Source: Syncephalis fuscata S228
Lineage: Eukaryota > Fungi > Zoopagomycota
Direction of reading: 5' to 3'
Length of the DNA: 64,000 bases
Assembly (NCBI GenBank): GCA_025786725.1
Contig: JAHLTZ010000012.1
Location: forward strand, 186,001 to 250,000
In this document: positions 25,212 to 37,731 of the stretch, piece by piece
Numbering within the stretch: the first letter of the stretch is position 1
Layout: every line of letters starts with the position of its first letter
Program-made: the position numbers and the translations under genes
Notes under the pieces: model-generated
What the model saw: only the letters and a program-made list of their open reading frames with translations
Told to the model about the DNA's origin: nothing
The model's database searches: none

Positions 25212-25974
25212 AAGTTTGGTTGAACTGTACTTTGAATCCCACTTTTTTTATTTACTCACTTCACCATCTTTTCTTATTACTATATTATTGTTTTATTTGA
25301 TAATATATTATATGATAATGTTGAATATAACAATATAAATAGTATGCGTATTTGAACATCAATAAAAAACATTATTCAATTCCTGGTCTTTATTTTTCTT
25401 ATTTTATATCAACACCTGTTCAAGTAGCCTCAACGGCATGCCTTATATTCTGGTTACAACTGTCATCACAAGATCTTTCTGGTGAAAACACTCAGCCAAT
25501 TATTATCGCATATGGTGGAGACCATTTGCTTTATCGATGGTTGGCAAATAAATTGCACCCACCAAGTTGATACCAAGAATGCTCAAGACAATGGTGAACA
25601 TTAAAAATGCTAGTCGTCCTACCTTTTTGTCACTATAAACAAGTATCTTACATTGCAGATATGCCTAAAATACAACAGTAGAAAATTAGAAAATAGAAGA
25701 GGCCATTCAGACGCAAAGAAACCACACTGTACGTAGTAATAACAATAACAAATGCTGAATGACATGGAATCACGATTATATGGCTTTTATTAATATTCAA
25801 TCAATCTTTCTACGCATGGCCAACAGTAATAATGATCGGTCTCATGAATTTCAAGTAATCAAATGAAAACACTATACTTGTGTTTTGTTATGCATAACAG
25901 TATGACTTCAATTGAAACGAATTTTGCTTTGAGAACTCCAAATGTGAGAGTCAAAGTTCAGTTCAGCCAATCTT
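25212..25974 (+). mobile_element. Non-autonomous Fanzor-derived element (subfamily B) with ~30-bp imperfect TIRs
   Basis: Left end AAGTTTGGTTGAACTGTACTTTGAATCCCAC versus right-end reverse complement AAGATTGGCTGAACTGAACTTTGACTCTCAC. Remnant PIIIAYGG...C*MTWNHDYMAFINIQSIFLRMANSNNDRSHEF. Confidence 0.8.
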
Positions 25975-26403
25975 GGTTATCTGGATTAAATAGTTTAGAA
26001 ATTACTGATTTGGCACTTATATTGTAGTCAATTATTATAATATAAAAACAGAAATCAATGCTTTATTGATATTAGCATTGTCCAAATAAAGCCAATGCGT
26101 TTATTAAATAGGCAGTACCATGTGAATGGGAAGCATGTTGAACTCAAACATAGCGTCACCTCCTTATTCTAGAATAATTTTATTTACTTTTTAATGTTTT
26201 GATCAAGTAAAATATCTTTTATTGGAGGTCACGAGTCAGCGGATATTATAAATGCTATATATATATAGCAAAGAACAGTTTGCTATAAACCAAGTCAGCT
26301 GCTTTTCGACTCTCCATAAACCATATCCCGCAATTATATCCTCCTCTCTACCACCACATCGCAAACGATACCTCGGCTATACACAATTTACGATTTTATC
26401 ACA

Positions 26404-27786
26404 ATGAACTCGAAAACATTGGCTGCTATCCTAGCAAGTTATGCATTGGTATTGATTACCAGCATTCCAGCGACAACAGCCATGTCTATTCCATCTAATG
26501 GTAATTACAGCTTGTGTAGCATTAGTTGTAGCGCTAATTATATAGCATTATAGGAGTGATTGATGATTCGTTTTTTGTCGATCCCAAGCTTAAAACCATA
26601 AATATACCCGATATTCCTAAATTGACTATTAAAAAAGTAGTCAAAGGATCAAAGGATGCGTTTATAGCCAAAGGCAAATACGAAAACCAAGATGCATATG
26701 TTAAATGTGTTTTAAATGGCAACCTTGCCTTAAGCAACAAGGTTGCATTTGATGTAAGCTGCTATAGTGAAATAAATATTATTTACTAATTGTAATTTAG
26801 AGATTAATAACTAAGAAAACACTCGGTGAACAGCTAGGCAAGCAATGGATTGCGACACCGTTAGCTGCCAAAAGCTTCCCAACTAGATACTGCTCTGTTT
26901 ACGCTGATGCCGGTGAAACAACATTGGACATTTTCTTGGTAAATCTACCATGGAAAGCTCGACTTCCCATTCTATACATTGCTGCTAAAAAGATTATGGA
27001 AGGTAAAGTAGTGTAATGGTATTAATATACATAACACTCATCTTAATTACTCATATTAGGCCTATCATTCTTACACAGTATCAATTTATCGCATAACAAT
27101 GTTAAGCCAGAAAGTAAGTTTAATTTTATAGTAATCGCCATTCTTATTAAGTAAATTAAATCGCTTTAGACATTGTAATCGATGCCGAGACTGATAAAGC
27201 CAATCCAAGCGTTGCTTTTATTGACTTTGACTCTGTCATGGATTTAACCAATCTAAATCAGAATACTGCTGCACTTTCTCAAGAATTACGTAAAGTTGGA
27301 ACTGAAGGTTTTATTGCGCCCGAAGTAATTGGAGGAAAAGCTTTGAACCCACAACTGGCTGATGAATGGAGTGCTGGTGCTACTATTTATACGCTTGTCG
27401 CAAAGGAAATGCTTCGTATTATCGATTACACCGAACAGCGCACGCATGCCATGGAGTTTTTACAATATAATAAGGCTGCTCTTAGCAACACTAAAAATTT
27501 ACAAAAACTTGCTCAAGAAAATAATTCAGTTGCTCGTTGGAAATTTATTGATATTCAATTTATTCCCGACGCTACTTCAATTACACAAACAGCCTATGTA
27601 TTCGACGTGATGATTCAATTAATAGATCCCAATCCTGTCGCTCGTCCGACCTTAGATCAGCTATTGGGTAAAACGCAAAAGAATCGTCTAAGTGGAATTC
27701 AAAATCAGCAATTTAGCAATACACTTGCTTCGCTCAAGTCTCTATCTCGGATGTATCAAGTTCCCGATACCAGAGCATCTTTATAA
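26404..27786 (+). CDS. Secreted protein-kinase-like protein (probable pseudokinase), 5 exons
   Basis: Signal-like MNSKTLAAILASYALVLITSIPATTA; AYVKC; GLSFLHSINLSHNNVKPE|NIVID; FIDFD; GTEGFIAPE; DEWSAG; DPNPVARPT. Confidence 0.85.
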
Positions 27787-27905
27787 GCAAGTAATGGCCG
27801 AGCATTTTACAAGTCTTTTATCGGCTATTTGGAACGTAATAAATGCAAACGATTTTGATCATTAATAGCGTGTTATAAATGTATTTAATCAATGTTATAT
27901 CATAT

Positions 27906-28934
27906 TTATTCATCAATAATGTCACCATACTGATTACGACGCATGTGGCCCGTTTTACGGACACGTTCAAAGTCTTCACGTGTGCGAGGAAATGATTCAT
28001 CAGAATTGCTATTCATATTAGTATCACTTGTTGGTGCCTCACTCCAAACATTAGCTGTATCCGAGTTTTGTGCGCTGTTTTGATTCGACGATGGTTGTTG
28101 CTGCTGTGCACGCAAACGATCCCAAGCCGATTCGGGCTTGTTCTGAGAACGCACTCTATGCCAACTAGATGCACCACTAGCATCACTATTTGCTGGCGGT
28201 GTTCCTCCTTGTGCTGTTGTGCCATCATTGGTATTTTCAAATCCAACAATTGGATCACTGCCATCTCGATCGACTGATGCATTTTGTAAAATAGCATCTG
28301 GTCCGGATGCTTGACCGGATGATGATCTGCGTTGTCTCTGTATCCTTTCGCGTATAATATCATCTCTAATACATACATTTAGTTGCATGTGCTTTAGTAT
28401 ATCCCTTTAACTTACCGTGCCTCTTTCAAAAGTTGGAGTATTTTTTTACTATCAGGCAATTTATCAATTTCCCGTCTAGCCATCCAACCGCTAAGCATTG
28501 TACCAACTTGCAAGCCCATCATACCGGCAACTGGCAGTGTTATTGCCCAAATATTAATTAATTGTTAGTATGACGTACCTTTAAACGATCTATGATAGTC
28601 AAACTACTTACAGCCCGCAAAAAAGAACGTAGCAAAAGGTCGATAGCGTCGATATCTAGCTAAAAATCAAAAATATTATTGGTATTTAAACCTTAAGCCG
28701 CACAATATTATCAATAAAAGCCTACCATAAAATATTCCGCTGGCAAAGCCCAGAATACCAGCACCCGTTACTGTATAGTTACGGTTATTCTTAATTGTTC
28801 TATTACATTACAAGATAATTACCATTGCGAACGGAATTGTCCCGAATACGCGCCAATGTAGCCTCCTCCTCGGGCGTAAGCTTGTGTTCTTTGATACGCT
28901 CAAAGAGTTGTTGAACAATAGGCATTGCCGACAT
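27906..28934 (-). CDS. Small membrane protein, OCIA-domain-like (multi-exon)
   Basis: TPEEEATL followed by two Gly-rich hydrophobic segments, then SAWDRLR and the C-terminus RRNQYGDIIDE. Confidence 0.55.
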
Positions 28935-29041
28935 AGTGATTGTATAGAAAGGGAGAATAAAGCGTGTGTGTGTGTGTGTGTTATGGTAATTATTACATAT
29001 TAATAGCTTTATGTTTTAATTTGTGTCACTTTTTATGATTG

Positions 29042-29378
29042 TGTGGTGAAGGAAATGTGCTGTTGCCAATCTTACTATTTTTAGCTGAAGAACACATAGC
29101 TCGGCCTTGCCACGCTATGCATGGCGCGCCTTTAATATAAATGAGATGAATATTGCGCGTAAAATTAAATAAAAAGAAGAGTAGTTCACGTTTGAGTTAT
29201 ATTTAGTCGTTTATCTTAAAGCAAGTCCGAGTACTTGTGGAGTTTATTCGTGTGGTCATATACATCTCAGAGTTGAGGTGTCGTGTCAATTACTATCGTA
29301 GTTATCATTTTAAGCGTACACTTAAATCCTTTTCAGGATGAGCCTTCCAACAAATCGTGGAAACGAACAACTACCACA
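29042..29378 (+). repeat. 5' LTR
   Basis: Identical by eye to 34411-34747. Confidence 0.95.
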
Positions 29379-32300
29379 ACTGGAGCCCAATGCGGGGGGC
29401 TCTAGAGTGCACGCCTACCCCGTGAAGCCGCCCAAGCGTTATAATGGAGGATGTATCGAGGAATTCCTATCGCAATATGATAAATATGCGAGATATATGG
29501 AGTGGTCAGATGAAGAAACCATCCGGTGTTTACTCAACTACACCAGAGGAGATGTTGCGCACATCGTAACGTCGAGTCCAGAAGGAATGAGTGGAGATTG
29601 GCAAGCGTTGAAGAAAGAACTGTTGATGGCGTATAGTAGAAAGCCCACTAAGAAGTCACCGGAAGAGCGAGTATCCGCGCTACTTAAAAGCGGTTTCAAT
29701 TATGCGCAGCCCGTATTATTCCTAAATCAATATAATCTATTGTGCAAATGTGTAATTGACATGCCAGAGCGTGAAAAAATCCGAAGATTGTGCAAGATTA
29801 TCGATAAGACTCATCTAAGAATGTGTTTTACCAAGATGCCGCGAGACAACTATACATATCAACAACTATGCGACGCGCTGGTGAACGTATGTGAAGACGA
29901 CAAGGCGTTGCACATCGCCCTTGGTATAACAGATTCGGATAGAGACAGCGACATTGATAGGGATGAGAACGAATCAGATGAAGAAGCCGCCATCATCAAA
30001 AAGGAGAAGAAAGTCAAAGAGAGGATTAACAAGAAAGCAGATGAATCTGGAAAGAAGAATCAGGATCATATCACCATAGAACGAAAGGTAGACGATTTAT
30101 CAGAACAGTTCCGACAACTGGTGTTGTTAGTCGAAAAACAGCAAGACAACAGAGGACGAATGGACGGGCGAGACAGAAGGAATTTGCTGTGCTTGTATTG
30201 CGATTCGCCAGATCATGTTAAAAGTCAATGCGGACTAGTGACTGATGATTTACGAAACAAATTGGTTACATTGGACGCTGGTAAAGTCACATACCCTAAT
30301 GGTTCGCTTGTTCCGTTGAATACTGGTCGAGGCGGTATGCGCAAATTACTGGTCGACACGGCTAACGTACGGATGATCACTGCCGAGCGACCGATCAAGT
30401 ACGACCTTACTTGGGAAAGCGATGTTCAGTTAACGACTATAGAGCCAGAAATCGTAGTAGAGGATGTAGAACATATAGCCGAAGTCAATATGAAACGGGC
30501 ACGTGTAGGCACTCGTCAAGCGTCGGAAGCGGTGCCAGTAGAAACCCGTGAAGCTGGTAGTATGACGGAAAGGCAGGCGCGGCCACCAGCCACGCATCAA
30601 TACCGATCTGTCATCGAGGAAGGAGCCGATGTGGATGGCACTGTCGATAAGCTGCTACGTAGCGCGCAGGTGACGATGCCGCTACAAGATTACCTGTCAA
30701 CATCGTCTGTTGCCAGAAAGAAGATGGCTGAGTTGGTCAGTCGTAAGAAGGTGCCTATCGATACGATGGTACAACAAGCCGTGGTGTATGTAGACGGATT
30801 GTCAACGATAGACGGCACTATAGTAGCTAGGCCAACAGCTAAAGTGACGGGACGAGTGGCAGGAGAGCCAGTAGAAATCCAAATCGATCCTGGTGCTGAA
30901 ATAAGTGTAATATCTGGCAAGTTATATGACCAGATTGGTAGTCTACCATTGGATGCGGCGCGAGCATGGTCGATGGGTAATGCTTCTGGTACAGCGTCTA
31001 AGTCTAGAGGCATGTGTATCAACGTACCAGTGACCATTGGAGGAGTAACGATAAACGCACATCTAATAGTTGTAGATGGAGCACCGTTCGATGCGTTGGT
31101 TGGAATGCCTTGGTTAGAAGAAGCGTTATGGGAGGTCAAACGAGAAGACGGAAGAGCGTGGGTACACATAACTGATGGCCGAAGCGCGGCTAAGTTCCCT
31201 GCGGCTCCTACAATGGTATCAGCCAGTGGTAGAGGCCAGCAAGACCAACGTAAGAATGTGAACAGTGTTACGGTGCTACGAGAAGAAGAGAGTGAGGACG
31301 AAATAGTGTTAGGTACGATTACCATGCGTGAATCAGTAACAACAGGTAATACTGCGTCCGTTTATGCCGCTAAATACAAGCCGGTCGGAAAGAAGAAGTT
31401 ACCAATCGCCGTGGCAGTACCAAACGGAGAAGAAGCTGAAGACGAAGAACGAGCTGAGAGCAGCAAGTCAAGATTGACTGACGAGCGTATAGCGGACATG
31501 ATTATTGGAAACGGTCAATTAACAGAAGAAGAGACCGCGTACTTCATTGAGCAATTACGCTCTGTAGACGAAGTTTTTGCATTCAACGACGAAGAGATGG
31601 GTAAGCTTAAGGCGGAAATAGAACCACCTGTAAGAATACCAACTGTACCGCATGTGCCATGGACGCAAGCTTCGATCCCGATACCAAGAGCAACATTCAG
31701 TAGAGTAGTAGAGTTATTGCGGGAAAAGATGAATAGCGGAATTATTGAGCCAAGTACTGGTGCTTATAGTAATCGCTGGTTTGTGATTGCTAAGAAAGAT
31801 GGATCTAAGTTACGATTCATACAAGACCTACAACAAGCCAATTCTGTTAGTATCAAGAATGCCAATGCACCGCCGCTGTCAGAAGAACTTACTGAAGACG
31901 TGTCAGGTAGATCTATTATATCTACGTTTGATCTATATTCCGGTTACGATCAAATCCCTGTCGACAATCGTGATCGTGATATATTCTCATTGATGACGCC
32001 GATTGGACTGGTGAGGATGACACGGTTACCGATGGGTTGGTGTAATAGCGTCGGAGTGTTTCAGCGGATCGTAAATAAGATACTGAGTGAGTATATGCCG
32101 CATACAGTAGGCATATTCGTGGACGACGGGATAGTTAAAGGATCGGTGGAGAAGAATGAAAGTATTGTATTGCCAGGAGTAAGAGCGTTTGTGTTTGATC
32201 ATGTAGCTGACGTAGTAAAAGTGTTAAAGGCTTTGAGTAAGGCGGGAATAACAGTCAGTGGAAAGAAATGCAGATTTGGTATGGATGAGGTGGAAGTGTT

Positions 32301-34420
32301 AGGTTACCAGTGTACCCAACTAGGAAGAACTGTAACTCCGGATAAGACGGTTAAGATTACGCAATGGCCAACACCAGTCGATAAGAAGCAAGTACGAGCA
32401 TTTGTGGCCTGTTGTGCATTCTACCGAGTGCTTATTCCTCACTTCTCTACGATCGCCGAGCCATTGTATTATCTACAGAAGAAGAAAGTAGTATTTCACT
32501 GGAAAGGTGAACAACAACGAGCATTCGATGCACTAAAACGAAGTATTAGTGAAAGACCAGTCATACGACCGCCGGTGTATGGTGACGACAATCGACCACT
32601 TATCTTAACAGTAGATGCTAGTCCTGTTGGTGCTGGCGCTGTGTTGGGACAATGCGATGAAGAAGGAGTGAAGTATGCTGTGCGGTATGACAGTTGTTTA
32701 TTTAACGGTGCGCAGAGACGATACGCACAAGTCAAACGAGAATTATTTGGTTTATATCAGATGGTGAAGAAAATGAGGAAATATGTGCATGGTGTGAAAT
32801 TTATCATTGAGACAGACGCTAGACCTGTCATCGGCATGCTGAGAAAGCCTGATTTACCTAATGATGCAGCAAGTCGATGGGTAGCTTACCTTTCGTTGTT
32901 TAATTATGAAATACGTCATATTCCGGGTGATAAGAACGTAGTAGCTGATGCGCTTAGTCGTGTTGACATGGGACAAGAAATGTTGACAGATGAAGATGAT
33001 GAAGATGACAAGGTGTTATGGAACTATCACATCGAGGACGTCAGCGGTGATGAATTATTTGGAGTGACTAGTGTCAAACAAGTTAATACTGATAAAATGA
33101 CAGCTAGGTCGCCCTATTATTATTTATTGTATTTTCTCGAGCATGGTTGCATGCACAACGACTGTAATGATAGCGACAAGAAGAGGATTAGAACTCAGTT
33201 GAAGAAGTTTTTTATTAGCGATGGATTATTATTTCGGCGAGCGAAGACAGGAATGCCTAAGCGAGTCATAGATGAAGAAGAAGAACAATTGCGTGTGACA
33301 ACGATGGTGCACGATGGACATCCATTTGCCCATAGAGGAGTAGAAGCAACATATAGGTTGTGCAGTGATCGATTTTATTGGTACGGGATGTACAACACTT
33401 GCAAAGAAGTGGTGAAAAGATGTGACATATGTCAGCGTACGCAAAGGAAAGGACAAGTAGAAGAGCTAAAACCGTTTATTGGGTCTACATTGTTCAAACG
33501 CATTGGATTCGATTTAGTTAGACTTCCAGAAGCCACGACGGGTGAAATATATTTAGCAGTGGCCAGGGACGACTTCAGTGGATGGGTAGAAGCCAGAGCG
33601 CTGTGTAAAAATAACGCAGTAGAAGCATACAAATTTTTATATGAAGATGTATATGTCGGTTCGGTATACCTAGTGAGGTAGTAGCAGATCGAGGTGAACT
33701 TTATGGACTGTTGATACGTCATGTAGCTGCTAAGGACGGAATTCGCATTAACTTCACAACAGCCTATCACCCACAAGCAAATGGGATGATTGAACGAGGA
33801 CATCAGGAACTAATGGGCGGACTGGTAAAGATAGTAGGAGAAGATTACGCAAACTGGCCTAAGTATTTGCACGCTGTATTGTGGGCCGACAGAATTACCA
33901 CTAAGCGTACAACTCAGCGGAGCCCATATCAGCTGGTATACGGGCAAGATTGTGTGTTGCCGTTTGACATAGATGAAGAGACTTGGCTTACCTTACAGTG
34001 GAAGAAAGAAATGACGACCGAGGAGTTATTAAGTATGCGAGCTAGTCAATTATTATCAACCGCATGGGATAGGGAGGAAGCAGGAGTGAAGTTAGATAAG
34101 TCTAGGATGAATAATAAGATGTATTACGACAAGAAGCAGAATGTTAGGAAGGAATCTGTTAAGATAGGAGAGATGGTACTACTTCGAGATAATAGACCCA
34201 TACGTAAGACGGATGCTAAACTTACCCAAGATGGATGGGACCATATATAGTGGTTGGTAGACCCAACAAAGGAGTATATGAGTTGGCTGAGCTCGATGGT
34301 ACGCGGATGCGAAGCACAATTTCCGGTAATCGCATAAAGCGATATTATGCGCCGATTATGACGGCTACATCTGGAAGTCAATGAAGTAACTTCCAACAGG
34401 GTCCCGCGGTTGTGGTGAAG
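29338..34420 (+). CDS. Gag-Pol polyprotein; integrase interrupted by frameshifts at ~33655 and ~34230
   Basis: CLYCDSPDHVKSQC knuckle, IDPGA protease, FDLYSGYDQI and GIFVDD (RT), TVDAS and NVVADALSR (RNase H), H..H..CDICQ and YHPQANGMIER (integrase). Confidence 0.95.
29381..29402 (+). promoter_or_regulatory. Primer-binding site, probably tRNA-Lys
   Basis: TGGAGCCCAATGCGGGGGGCTC, 2 nt after the LTR; its complement GAGCCCCCCGCATTGGGCTCCA resembles tRNA-Lys 3' ends. Confidence 0.6.
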
Positions 34421-34747
34421 GAAATGTGCTGTTGCCAATCTTACTATTTTTAGCTGAAGAACACATAGCTCGGCCTTGCCACGCTATGCATGGCGCGCCT
34501 TTAATATAAATGAGATGAATATTGCGCGTAAAATTAAATAAAAAGAAGAGTAGTTCACGTTTGAGTTATATTTAGTCGTTTATCTTAAAGCAAGTCCGAG
34601 TACTTGTGGAGTTTATTCGTGTGGTCATATACATCTCAGAGTTGAGGTGTCGTGTCAATTACTATCGTAGTTATCATTTTAAGCGTACACTTAAATCCTT
34701 TTCAGGATGAGCCTTCCAACAAATCGTGGAAACGAACAACTACCACA
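34411..34747 (+). repeat. 3' LTR
   Basis: Identical by eye to the 5' LTR; followed by ATTG. Confidence 0.95.
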
Positions 34748-34927
34748 ATTGTCCAAATGTGTAATATAACTATTAATTGGATTACATAGTAAGAGTAGCT
34801 AATAAAATATTGTGTTTATAGTAAATGAAAGAATAGAATTTAGTTTTCATAGCTGAACTTTTCAGTGTCGTCGTTTTCTTCTCTTTCAAACAAAATTTAA
34901 TTAATTAATTCTTTTCTGCTTTTAAAA

Positions 34928-35423
34928 AATAATAAATAAATAGCCGTTTTATGCCGTTTATGACCTATATAATTAAAATATAGCAAAATAATTGTTAGAT
35001 TTGAGTTCTCCATGCTTGGCTGTATCGTTAGGTATGATTTATAGAACAATGATTTTTGCAAAAAATATTAGCCAAAAATGTAATTTACGTATTTTTAATT
35101 CACTTAATAAAACATTGCTAAAATTATGTATAACTTTACGTATAATGAAGCAAATTGTCTGATATTTTGCACAAATATGCACATAGCATATAAGTGACTA
35201 TTGGCAAAGTGTACCGTTATCGTATTGCATTATGGTGTAATAACTGCAATAATACGCTAATAAATGTGCAAAACAGCAATTTTATGCTGTTTATGACTTA
35301 TATAATTAAAATACAGCAAAATGATTGCTGGATTCAAGTTCTCCGTGCTTAGTTATACATATTGGTATGATTTATAGAACAATAATTTTTGCAAAAATGT
35401 TGGTCAAAAATGCGATTTACGTG
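34928..35423 (+). repeat. Diverged ~150-bp direct repeat pair
   Basis: 34928-35090 versus 35281-35423 (TTATG..TATATAATTAAAATA..GGTATGATTTATAGAACAAT..TTTTTGCAAAAA). Confidence 0.8.
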
Positions 35424-36652
35424 TTATTAGTTAATGAAAAGATTATTAGACTTCATGATTTTAGAAAAATTAATATTAAAAACTCGATTTGGATCAAGTA
35501 AATTTGAAGTGCTCTACAGTATTATAACAATCATAACAGCAAGCTAGTATGAGGAAATACCGATGCAAATTGACAATCTATGTCATATACATATACATAA
35601 AAATAGTATATTTTGCTGTGATCATAGCTACCAGAAATAATAACATTACATTTCTACAATAAACATATATGTTTAAAACAACGAATAGTTCAATCTACAA
35701 TGCTTATAAATGTTGTGTATCAATGGTAAGATTTTAAGCATTATAAACTCAACACAATTATTCATTCTATTCTATCATTTATTCTGTAGTAGCCAAGTAC
35801 TATTCATGACTATTGCCCGTTTGTCTCTAGTTCAATTATCAATAGACTTTGATTAACTTTGTTTATTGAGCCATATATACAGATGAAACAAACAATATGA
35901 GTATGCATAAACTTGTTGCTTAATTATAAATGTGTATTTGGTTAATCATTTATAACTATTAATTGCTAAACTAGTTAACATCAAATAGGTCGATATGGAA
36001 CTGTAGAAATTTATAGAATAAGGACAATGCAAATATTCATATTGCAGTATCACGAAAATACAACGATATGACGGTATCTATAATAAATGTATTTATATAG
36101 AATAATCATGCTAATGGATATAATGGCCAATATAACTCATTGCCCATGGTCATGTTCAATGGATTGAATGGTATTAAATACAACCATTTGATCATTAAAT
36201 CATATTATAATAATTAATAAATTATTTGAAGATTGTAAAATTATTTTTATTTAATTAATGAATGATTAGTTATTATGTGCAAATATATTTATTATATATT
36301 TATTATTACAATTAACATTATTAAATGCTATAAAGTATATTGCTCATATTGTTATTGATTGAGATGCAAAATATAAACCTTTGCACCTACTTATTTAGTA
36401 GTTGTTGCTTGTGTTTAATAGTTTGCACTGATACTGTTTGGTAATATTAGTGTATAACAATTTATTAATTGATCCAATATCCCTTTTTTAATTTTGCTGT
36501 TAATTGATAGCAATAGTATCAATTAATCTTGATGATGTCGCATCTAGTACTTATTTGTTGGTATTGTTGTTATGGTATACCACCACGTACTTTGTATGAT
36601 GGATACTGCAGTTGTAGCAGTAGCACATTACTTACTTATTTGAAGTGGTCGT

Positions 36653-37029
36653 ATTAGTGTGTTAGCGGCCGACTACCTACAATTCTAAAATAATCAATAC
36701 AATGTTAGTACGTTAGTAGACAATTGTCTTGAATTTATATTTTATATTTTGTTTTAGTGTGCTAGTGGCCGGCTATCTAAAATCTATAATAATCAATAAA
36801 TGTTAGTGTTAGTATCCAAGTACCTAAATCTAAAACAATATATATAAAGTTAGTATGTTGCAATGTTGTGTAGCCGGCCGCTAGCACACTAAAACAATTT
36901 GGTGATTTTTATTTATGATATAAAGTTGTAATTAGCAATACAGGTTAGTAAGTTAGTAATCTAAATCTAAAGTCATCAATATAACATTGGTTGTTATATT
37001 GCTTGGTAGCCGGCCGCTAACACACTAAT
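36653..37029. repeat. Nested inverted repeats (A-B-B'-A') of a ~25-bp GC-rich motif
   Basis: A at 36653-36677 pairs with 37005-37029; B at 36749-36775 pairs with 36871-36897. Confidence 0.85.
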
Positions 37030-37731
37030 CGCCATTGTCCTTGAACTTGACACTTGATGGCTTGTAAATCTAAAGTATTATATGCAGAGTTAGTGGCTGA
37101 TTTAAGCTAGTTACTTACCATTGCATGACCAGTGCACCATAAAGAAGGACCGGTAAGTGGTTTATTAAAAGGAAAAAGGGAAAAGTAGAGTTAGAGGAGA
37201 GAAGAAAAGAGAAAGAGTTCGACAGCATATAGCCAACACAGTTATCGTGCTGACGGCTGTCCGCAAGGCAGAGCGACACCACTAGCACTGCTATACAACC
37301 GTATAGAGGGTGGTATGCAAAGCCAGAAGGGGCATACTTATACCAGCCGTATAACAATAGTGACTATAACAGAAAAAGGACATGGTATACTTGATAGCAT
37401 ATATTGATCATAGCTAGCATACTAGCAACTGCCCACAAGGCAAAACAACACCGCTAGCACTGCTGCATGGCGCCATACAGCAGGGCGGTATGTAGTACCG
37501 AGACTAGGCATGCTTATACTAATAGACTAACCATCACATATAGCAAGCAAGGCATATACTGAACTTATGGAAACAAGTGCAAGTAGGGAAGGTGACTAGT
37601 GGATAAATGCTGTCAAGTGTGGAGGAAAAGAAAGAGGAACGTGTGACGCAAATCGTGTGCTATGCAATCGGCAGACTGTTTTTATAGTGTGGGTGCAAGT
37701 GCTGATGTAATATAAATAAACAATTATTATG

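Larger units (their letters stand above)
29042..34747 (+). mobile_element. Ty3/Gypsy LTR retrotransposon, full length
   Basis: 337-bp LTRs (TGTGGT...ACCACA), ATTG on both flanks, PBS-like sequence, domain order gag-PR-RT-RH-IN. Confidence 0.97.

Noticed and set aside
30690-31325. 211-aa antisense ORF in the retroelement (and similar antisense ORFs in RSE1, GATA, TSC2)
   Set aside because: Antisense shadows with no independent motif.
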